A DNA stretch of 64,000 nt from a virus. The stretch is taken from the IMG/VR virus record IMGVR_UViG_3300047409_000574, positions 62,256 through 126,255 of that record; one strand, written 5' to 3'. Of this stretch, positions 57,556-64,000 are shown in pieces. The translations under genes were made by a program, and so were the position numbers. Position 1 is the first letter of the stretch. The number at the start of each line of letters is the position of its first letter. Under the pieces are notes generated by a model, which was not told the DNA's origin, made no database searches, and worked only from the letters and a program-made list of their open reading frames with translations.

Positions 57556-58319
57556 ACATGGTGTTCGCGGTGTTGATTGTCACGGTGTTGATCGTGCTCG
57601 GGCTGCTCTACCTGGCGGGGTGCGCGTTGGGCTGGTGCATCCGCAAGGGCTGGGATGCGGCGGGCCGGTCGTGAAGCTCGTGCGTGGCACACGGGTGCGG
57701 ATCGAGTCGCGCTGGGAGCCTCGGACGAACGGGCTGACGGGGGTCGTGTTCCGGCGCACGTCGGGCCACTACAACACGCACGTCTGGCTCGATCGGCCGC
57801 ATCACTACACGCTCGGCACCGGGCATCGGCGCGAGCGCGGGATTGGCTATGCCTATGCGTTCAACGACAAGGATGTGGTGGCGCTAGAGGATCAGACGCC
57901 GCCGCGCTTGCGGGTCGAGCCGCCGGGGCTGGACGTGAAGCTCAAGGGCTTCATGGTGTTCCTCAACTCGGGCAGGCTCGTGGTGATGGATGGCGACACG
58001 TTGCTGGGCGTTGCGCGCGGGGCTGCTCGCGCGCACGGAATGGTGTCGCGCGTGGAGCGCATGGAGCGCCGGGCGGCGGCGCAGTCGTGAAGCGTCCCTG
58101 GAAGGTCGCGATCAGAGACACGATGTTCAGCTTCCGTACGGCGGGCACCTACTCGACGTTGGAACGGGCGGCTGCCGGTGCGGTTGCGTTTCGCGCCGAG
58201 CTACGGAGCATGAACATCGTGCGGGAGATCGGCGTGGTCGGGCCTGATCTCAAGTGGCGCGACGTGGACGAGCACGGCCAAGTTTCTCAACCGACCGATC
58301 CACTACAGAGGGGGAAGGC

Positions 58320-58904
58320 ATGAAGAAGTTGACACCGTCGATGGTCGTCTCGCTGCTCGCGCTGTTCGTTGCGCTCAGTGGCACCGCTGTCGCAGGGAGT
58401 GGTCTCATCACGGGGGCGCAGATCAAGGATCACTCGATCGGCCTGGCGGATATCTCGAACGCCGCGGTCGCCAAGCTGCACGGCAAGGCTGGCCCGGCGG
58501 GGCCGCAGGGTGCGCAGGGCCAGCAGGGTGCGACCGGGGCAACCGGCGCAACCGGCGCGACTGGGGCGACCGGCCCGGCGGGTGCAGGCTCGACCGGCGC
58601 TACTGGTGCGACCGGCGCGACCGGTGCGGCTGGTGCGGCCGGACAGTTCAGCGCGTCGAACATCACCTACCGGGTCACTGATCCCGTGACGCTCGTCGAT
58701 GGTCTGAACGACCTGAGCGCGAACTGCGCTCCGGGCGAGACGGCGATCTCCGCCGGGTTCATTTCGACGGAAGGGTTCCCGTGGGCGGTCGCTCCGCTCG
58801 CCGATGGCAGCGGGTTCTTCATCAACGTGGACACGACCGGCTTCTTTGTGGCGACTGTTCCTGCCGCGACGGGTCGGGGCTTCGTGGTCTGCGCTCACCC
58901 GTAA
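58320..58904 (+). CDS. Exported collagen-like protein
   Basis: Signal peptide MKKLTPSMVVSLLALFVALSGTAVA; Gly-X-Y run (GPAGPQGAQGQQ, GAT repeats); small C-terminal domain with two Cys. Confidence 0.85.
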   Translation: MKKLTPSMVVSLLALFVALSGTAVAGSGLITGAQIKDHSIGLADISNAAVAKLHGKAGPAGPQGAQGQQGATGATGATGATGATGPAGAGSTGATGATGATGAAGAAGQFSASNITYRVTDPVTLVDGLNDLSANCAPGETAISAGFISTEGFPWAVAPLADGSGFFINVDTTGFFVATVPAATGRGFVVCAHP

Positions 58905-58932
58905 GATCGGGTTGCCTGACAAGCGTTGCGAG

Positions 58933-58964
58933 GGGCGGCCCCGGCGAACCAGCCGGGGCCGTCC
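58933..58964 (+). terminator. Hairpin terminator-like element
   Basis: 13-bp stem GGGCGGCCCCGGC/GCCGGGGCCGTCC followed by GTGCGTTT. Confidence 0.6.
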
Positions 58965-59186
58965 GTGCGTTTCCGCCCAGCTTGGTCGTATCCCGGTTAG
59001 GGTGGCTTCTCCCGGCCATCGAACGAAGGGGGACGTACGAGTAGCTTCTGGCATCGGCTCGCGCAACAGCACGGCGTGTTCCTAGTCCGGGAACTGCGCA
59101 AGCTCGCAAACGTGATCGAGGCCCTGGAGCCTGGGCCAGCGAAGGTCGCGTTCATTCTGTTCCAAACAACGAAAGGGAATCTTGCT

Positions 59187-59501
59187 ATGGGAGAGATCAC
59201 TGTCGTCGATACCGAGCCGAACCTGGTTGGCACGATCGGCTGGGTCGATGCGGAGGGCAACGCCACCACGGTCGAATCCGCCGAGGTCACCTCGTCCGAC
59301 GAGGCGGTCGCGGTCGCGACGCTCGACGCCGACAACGCCACGGTCACGTTCGAGGTCGGCGCACCGGGCGTGACGCTGATCGAGGCGATCGGCACCAACG
59401 CGGATGGCACCCAGACCAGTCCTGTCCAGGGCACGATCACGGTTCAGCCCGGCGATGCCGCCATCGGGAGCATTGAGTTCTCGACGGCTCCCGCCGCCTA
59501 A
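59187..59501 (+). CDS. Acidic beta-rich (Ig-like) protein
   Basis: AAAGGGAA before the ATG; DAEGN..VTSSDEAVAVA..GVTLIEA pattern. Confidence 0.6.
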   Translation: MGEITVVDTEPNLVGTIGWVDAEGNATTVESAEVTSSDEAVAVATLDADNATVTFEVGAPGVTLIEAIGTNADGTQTSPVQGTITVQPGDAAIGSIEFSTAPAA

Positions 59502-59514
59502 GCTCGCAGGCGAG

Positions 59515-59554
59515 AAGTGGGCGGCGGGCCAGCAGGCAGGCTCGTCGCCCACTT
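59515..59554 (+). terminator. Hairpin terminator-like element
   Basis: 16-bp stem with GU pairs AAGTGGGCGGCGGGCC/GGCTCGTCGCCCACTT directly before cassette copy 6. Confidence 0.6.
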
Positions 59555-59558
59555 TACC

Positions 59559-59643
59559 AGCGAGAGCCATCAGAGTTTGCTAGGTCGTGCTACACTGGGA
59601 GCACCGGTAGACCGCCGGAGTGTGTAGACCCAGGAGGTAGGCG
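59559..59643 (+). promoter_or_regulatory. Promoter-hairpin-SD cassette, copy 6
   Basis: AGCGAGAGCCATCAGAGTTTGC-N10-TACACT; stem CCGG/CCGG; loop TAGACCG; GTGTGTAGACC; GGAGGTAG; ATG at 59644. Confidence 0.85.
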
Positions 59644-59829
59644 ATGCTTCTCAAGAACGTGGAGGTCGGCGGCACCTACACCGCGAAGGTGTCGGGCTGG
59701 CTGACTGAGGTGAAGCTGCTGCGCGTGAACCAGTACGGCGGATGGGACGCGCTGAATCTGCGGACAGGGTGCGCGGTGCGCATCCGGTCGGCGCAGCGTC
59801 TCCGCGCACGTGTGAAGGACGCGGCATGA
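59644..59829 (+). CDS. Small SH3-like hypothetical protein
   Basis: VEVGGTYTAKVSG..GGWDALNLRTG..RIRSAQRLR; first gene after cassette copy 6. Confidence 0.7.
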   Translation: MLLKNVEVGGTYTAKVSGWLTEVKLLRVNQYGGWDALNLRTGCAVRIRSAQRLRARVKDAA

Positions 59830-60395
59830 AGAAGGCAGACCTCAAGGTGGGCGTGGAATACGCGATCTCCGGCGACCAGAAGAAGGTGCCGGTCGAAGGT
59901 ATCGCCGGTCTCAAGACCGGCAGCTTCGGGGCCGAGTCGTTCCCGATGTTCGCGGTGATGCGCTTCCGGCTCGACGCGATTGACGTGCCGGTACAGCGCA
60001 CACGCGGATTTCGGGGCGAGATCACCGAGACGGTGCCGATGATTCAGGTGACCTGGTTGCCGACTGGCATCGAACAACTCGACAGGATGAACAAGGGGCT
60101 GGACGGTGAAGCGACCCGGCTCGGCAGGTTCGTGTTCCATGCTGACGCGCGGTTCCTGCTTCATGCACGGAACGTGCTCGGCCCCTGGGGCGAGTACGCG
60201 GCCGAGCGTGTGAAGCGTCTGGTCGAGCAGCGGGAGTCGCGCCGGGAGAGTGAGGCGCACGATGCGCTGCGCGCACGTGTGCTGGCGCGGGTGGAGAAGT
60301 TGGGCGGGTCGGCTCGCGAGGGGCGGGGCCACTACATCGAGATCGAGCCGTTGGAGTTGGAGCGGTTGCTCTCGACGGAGGTGCACGAGGCGTAA
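59826..60395 (+). CDS. Hypothetical protein
   Basis: ATGA coupling; MKKADLKVGVEYA start. Confidence 0.65.
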   Translation: MKKADLKVGVEYAISGDQKKVPVEGIAGLKTGSFGAESFPMFAVMRFRLDAIDVPVQRTRGFRGEITETVPMIQVTWLPTGIEQLDRMNKGLDGEATRLGRFVFHADARFLLHARNVLGPWGEYAAERVKRLVEQRESRRESEAHDALRARVLARVEKLGGSAREGRGHYIEIEPLELERLLSTEVHEA

Positions 60396-60438
60396 ACGAT
60401 TCCGATGATCCTGGTGCGGTAGTTACTACTCACCCTGG

Positions 60439-61932
60439 GTGCAAGAAACCCATTGGCAGGGTAGGCTACTTGCCCAGGATGGTGACAACGTCTTGAGCAC
60501 GACTGCGGTCGAGCAGTTCGAGGAGCACCGCGAGATCGCGGAGGCCGACCCTGACCTCGTTCTGCATGAAGCCGCGACTGTTGTCTCCGGCTCTCTGCGC
60601 GAGGCGATCATCGGACGCGCGCGGGCACGCGGGATCGAGCAGCCGGGAGAGGGCGCGAAGCTCCTCCAGGTGATCCGTCCCGGTGTCGGCGGCGGCCGGG
60701 GCCGTCGCTACTACTCACCCGATGTGCTGCGCGAGGCCGCCCACGTGTTCACCGGCGCGCGCATGTTCAAGAACCACCTGACCGAGAAGCAGCGGAAGGA
60801 ACTGGAAGGTCTCCCGCGGCCGGTCGAGCATCTCGGCGGCAGGATCGTCGAGTCGTGGTGGGACGGTGAGGTTCCGGCCAGCGATCGGTTCGAGCGTGGC
60901 GGCGTGTACGCCTGGTCGAAGCCGATCCGGTCGATCGGCGAGATGATCGACGACGACCCCGATCTGATCGAGTCGTCGATCTCTGCGCTGGCAACTTCGA
61001 TTCGTCCCGGCAAGGTGGGCGGGACGAACGTGACGATCGTCGAGGGAATCCGTGCGAAGCCGGTGTCCGTGGATTGGATCGCGGGCGAAGGTGGTGCGGG
61101 TGGCCGCGTGCTGATGGAAGCCGCTGCTGACGAGGAGGAGGAGGCGGTGCTGGAGTCACTCAGTGACGACCGTTTCACCGAGTACCTGGAGCGCGAGCGT
61201 CCAGGTCTGCTGGAGGCGCTGCGCGAGCCAGGCGGCGACCATGACGACGACCGGCGAAGGGAGCAACAGGTGCCGGATGAGATCAGTCCCGAGCTTCTGA
61301 CGGAAGCTCTGGCGTCGCCCGAGGGCCAGCAGGCGATCAGGCTTGCGGTCACCGAGGCGATGCAGGACGTAACACCCTCACTCGACGAGGATCGGGTCAT
61401 GCAGATCGTCGAGGCGCGGATGGCCGATCGGGCGGACTTGATCCGTCTGGAGGCGACCCGTGAGGCGAACTACGCCATCGAGGTTCGCGACATGGAGCGC
61501 CGGGCGCACTCGCTCGTCGAGGCGGCCAAGCTCCATCCGAAGCTCGCAACCAAGATCAAGGAGCGGTTCTCGCTCGACGAGACCGGCGAGGCGGCCGACG
61601 GCTTGAACGTCGTGGCCGACTTCGACGAGGACGGCCAGGTCACGAAGTCCGCGATGGACAAGCTGGTCGAGGCCGTCACCTCCGAGATCGACGATGCACG
61701 CGACCTCCAGACCAGCCTGGGCACGCGCACGATGGTGCGCGGTCAGGGTGGCGGCTCCGAGGCGCTCCGCGAGGCCCGCGAGGCCCGCGACAAGGACGAG
61801 GACAAGGGCAAGCCGGACGGCGAGAAGCGCACGCCGAAGCCGACTTCTGGCTCCTCGCTCACCGACGACCTGCTCAGAGAGGCGGGCTACTCAGATGAGC
61901 AGCTTCCCGCCATCTGGGTGAACGGCCGGTAG
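60439..61932 (+). CDS. Prohead maturation protease fused to scaffold domain
   Basis: IRPG..RYYSPDVLREA..MFKNH..SISA..VEGI..SVDW..GAGGRV protease-like core, followed by an acidic helical region rich in LxEA. Lies directly upstream of the decoration and capsid genes. Confidence 0.85.
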   Translation: MQETHWQGRLLAQDGDNVLSTTAVEQFEEHREIAEADPDLVLHEAATVVSGSLREAIIGRARARGIEQPGEGAKLLQVIRPGVGGGRGRRYYSPDVLREAAHVFTGARMFKNHLTEKQRKELEGLPRPVEHLGGRIVESWWDGEVPASDRFERGGVYAWSKPIRSIGEMIDDDPDLIESSISALATSIRPGKVGGTNVTIVEGIRAKPVSVDWIAGEGGAGGRVLMEAAADEEEEAVLESLSDDRFTEYLERERPGLLEALREPGGDHDDDRRREQQVPDEISPELLTEALASPEGQQAIRLAVTEAMQDVTPSLDEDRVMQIVEARMADRADLIRLEATREANYAIEVRDMERRAHSLVEAAKLHPKLATKIKERFSLDETGEAADGLNVVADFDEDGQVTKSAMDKLVEAVTSEIDDARDLQTSLGTRTMVRGQGGGSEALREAREARDKDEDKGKPDGEKRTPKPTSGSSLTDDLLREAGYSDEQLPAIWVNGR

Positions 61933-61944
61933 GGAGGAACAGGC

Positions 61945-62334
61945 ATGCCGTACAACAGAAATGGCACGCGCTACTACGTCCTCTCGGCGTCGCGCCAGCG
62001 CGTTCAGGGTGCGCCCGCCGTCGAGGACAGCGTCGTCGGCGTCGTGCAGAAGCAGGTGCAGCCGAAGGGTGACGTTGGCCTTTCGGTTCAGGCGATCATC
62101 GCGGCGGCCGAGCCGTGCGTCATCGTCTGCAAGGGCATCGTGCAGGTGCCGTTCGTCGCCACTTCGGTGAAGGGCAGCACGTGCTGGATTCACGCCACCA
62201 CGGATGCTCTCTCGGTGGCCGACCCCGGCGCGGGCAACGGTCGCAAGTTCGGGCGTGTGGTCGAAGTTCAGGGCCAGCGCGGAACCCCGACGGGCTTCAT
62301 GCGCGTCGATCTCGACTCGAAGGACTCGTTCTGA
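61945..62334 (+). CDS. Head decoration/cement protein (DUF2190-like)
   Basis: 129-aa beta-rich protein between the protease and MCP genes; strong GGAGG Shine-Dalgarno. Confidence 0.7.
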   Translation: MPYNRNGTRYYVLSASRQRVQGAPAVEDSVVGVVQKQVQPKGDVGLSVQAIIAAAEPCVIVCKGIVQVPFVATSVKGSTCWIHATTDALSVADPGAGNGRKFGRVVEVQGQRGTPTGFMRVDLDSKDSF

Positions 62335-63443
62335 TGAGCCGCTACGGAATCTGGGGGCACAGCATCCCGTTGTTCGACGCCTGGCAGGAGTGGGCGGAGA
62401 ACGGCGAGGCGCGGGTGGCGTCACTCCGGGAGGCAGCAGGCGACGGCGACTACGACGCGGCGCTTGCCCTGGAGGAGATGGACACCCGGTTCGACTTCCC
62501 CAACTACCTGTTCGGCCCGGTGAGCACGTCGCTCTGGCACGGCTACTCGCAGGTGGCCCCCCAGTACCGGCGCTACGCCCGGATCGAGAACCTGCCCGAC
62601 CTACGCGAGCGCCGGTTGCGCGGTCTGAACGCCGTGCGCGGCATGAGCTACGTCGGGGAGAACGGCGAGTACGTCGAGGGGCGGCGCACGGAGCGCCCGT
62701 CGGCGGGCCTGATGGTGGACAAGTACGGGTTCGTCTACAAGATCACGATGGAGGCGATCATCAACGACGAGACCGGGGAACTGCTCAACCGAGTCCCCGG
62801 CGAGATGGGGCGCGATGCCTCGATCTTCGTCGCGAACACGCTGGTCGCCCTGATCGAGTCGAACCCGCTCGCGCCGGACGGTGCGGTGTTCTTCTCGTCC
62901 GGTCGCGGCAACCAGACGACGCTTGCGCTGTCCGAGGACTCTCTCGCGGACGGCATCACGTTCATGGACACCCTGACGGACGACTCGGGCTACCCGATCA
63001 CCGTTCGTGTCGGGTCTCTGATCGTGCGGAACACGCGGCTCCAGATGGTCGCCGCACGGATCGTCAACTCGACGCTGACCGGCGTGAACGTGACGTACAC
63101 GGGCGCGGCCGGGATCGGCAGCAACATCTTCGACAAGGGCACGATCAACCCGCTCGCGGGCATCCTGCCCAACGACGGCATCGTGAAGGAGCGGTTCTTC
63201 TCGGACTCGAACGACTGGTACTTGTTCGCTGACCCGAACGACGTGCCCTCGTTCGCGCTGGGCTTCCTGAACGGCAACGAGCAGCCCTTCGTGGGTCTGC
63301 GCGAGCCGCAGGTGCGCTCGGCGATGGGGCCGGGTCTCGACCCGTACACGTTCGAGTTCGACTCGATCGACTTCAAGGCGCGCCACTTCTTCGGGTGTGC
63401 GTGCGTCGATCCTCGTGGTGCGTATCGCGGAGTTGTGGCATGA
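62334..63443 (+). CDS. Major capsid protein (Mu gpT-like, HK97 fold)
   Basis: DFP..L..GY; VGENGEY; KYG..ITMEAIIND; WYLFADP..GFLNG..P; FKARHFFG..DPRG. Confidence 0.92.
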   Translation: MSRYGIWGHSIPLFDAWQEWAENGEARVASLREAAGDGDYDAALALEEMDTRFDFPNYLFGPVSTSLWHGYSQVAPQYRRYARIENLPDLRERRLRGLNAVRGMSYVGENGEYVEGRRTERPSAGLMVDKYGFVYKITMEAIINDETGELLNRVPGEMGRDASIFVANTLVALIESNPLAPDGAVFFSSGRGNQTTLALSEDSLADGITFMDTLTDDSGYPITVRVGSLIVRNTRLQMVAARIVNSTLTGVNVTYTGAAGIGSNIFDKGTINPLAGILPNDGIVKERFFSDSNDWYLFADPNDVPSFALGFLNGNEQPFVGLREPQVRSAMGPGLDPYTFEFDSIDFKARHFFGCACVDPRGAYRGVVA

Positions 63444-64000
63444 GCCACACCGTCGTAGAAATGGAGATGGAGCAGGCCCGCCGGGAAGGCGGCCAGTACG
63501 GCTCTGCTCGCAACGCGGAGGAGTTGATCCGCAACCACATCGCCAAGCTCGACCCGGAGGTGCAGGCGGCGGCTCTCCGCCCGGTCAACGAGGAGGCCAC
63601 GGCCGACCTCGACTGGGAGGAGATCGACGCCCCGGAGGGCGGCATCATCCGCTCGGCGGTTGTGCGGGGCACAACCCCGGACACGACCGTGATCTCCTAC
63701 GTGTGGGAGGACGGGCTGGGCATCTGGCACAAGGGTGTGCAGGCCGCGTCCGAGCACTACGTGCCGCCGGTGGAGACCGAGGCCGCGAAGCTCGCTCGGC
63801 TGGGCGCGCTGTCGGATGCGGCGTTCATCGACGCGGCGGCGGTCGAGCACGCGAAGGCGCGTGAGGCGTCTGAGGAGGCCCGCCAGGAGGCGGAGGCCGA
63901 AGCGAACGCGAAGATCGAGGCGCTCAAGGAGGAGCATGCGGCAGCGATGGCCGACCTCCATGAGAAGCTGGCGAAGGCGGAGGCGGACGCGAAGCCCGCC
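63440..64000 (+). CDS. Head-module protein, 3'-partial
   Basis: ATGA overlap with the MCP stop; frame open to the window end; acidic and coiled-coil-like. Confidence 0.65.
   Translation, partial: MSHTVVEMEMEQARREGGQYGSARNAEELIRNHIAKLDPEVQAAALRPVNEEATADLDWEEIDAPEGGIIRSAVVRGTTPDTTVISYVWEDGLGIWHKGVQAASEHYVPPVETEAAKLARLGALSDAAFIDAAAVEHAKAREASEEARQEAEAEANAKIEALKEEHAAAMADLHEKLAKAEADAKPA

Larger units (their letters stand above)
1..64000 (+). mobile_element. Segment of a large tailed phage/prophage genome (head module plus accessory and early genes)
   Basis: Prohead protease, decoration and major capsid genes at 60439-63443. About 100 tightly packed same-strand small genes with ATGA/GTGA overlaps. 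No bacterial housekeeping operons. No integrase, portal or terminase recognised inside the window. Confidence 0.93.

Noticed and set aside
58540-58640. GC-rich 9-nt tandem repeat (ggcgcgacc-like)
   Set aside because: Fully explained by the GAT collagen triplets, with synonymous variation.
19876-59643. Repeated cassette read as a CRISPR array or integron attC sites
   Set aside because: Copies are kilobases apart, degenerate, and each is tied to a promoter, SD and ATG. There are no regular spacers, cas genes, integron integrase or RYYYAAC/GTTRRRY cores.
1-64000. tRNA, rRNA, integrase, transposase, reverse transcriptase or DGR template repeats
   Set aside because: None recognised by eye. The 30290/31367 repeats are short identical blocks without adenine-specific variation, and no RT gene is visible. 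A tRNAscan or HMM run could still reveal missed items.

Overview
The window is 64 kb of a high-GC tailed phage or prophage genome, with essentially all genes on the + strand. The host is probably actinobacterial; a host-type exported protein hints at Thermoleophilia. The right end holds the head module: prohead protease/scaffold (60439), head decoration protein (61945) and a Mu-gpT-like major capsid protein (62334). Upstream lie six large multidomain proteins of about 630-2387 aa. They carry toxin/effector-like domains: two HEXXH metallopeptidases, ADP-ribosyltransferase-like domains (one split by a class 3 intein), GNATs, a JAB-like domain, a zeta-toxin kinase, a papain/transglutaminase-like domain and peptidoglycan-binding domains. 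These proteins share three peptide signals: [LIV]-x-E-[AS] sites also abundant in the protease/scaffold and capsid N-terminus, an HPRGRGGx[WF] tag (8 copies), and G[ED]KG linkers between domains (13 exact copies). This suggests a protease-processed, capsid-packaged effector system, with candidate immunity proteins including one gene overprinted inside a polyprotein. Between them sit roughly 100 small early-type genes. Their operons begin with a repeated cassette (6 full copies plus 1 partial): upstream box, extended -10, a covarying hairpin with a conserved YAGACCR-type loop, GTGTGTAGACC, then a Shine-Dalgarno. Recognisable accessory genes are two GroES, RNase HI, a Toprim protein, two homing endonucleases, ATP-grasp, MazG-like, DUF1643, an orphan HigA-like HTH, an HD alarmone-hydrolase-like protein and a collagen-like exported protein. 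All family calls come from motif recognition by eye; no database search was run.
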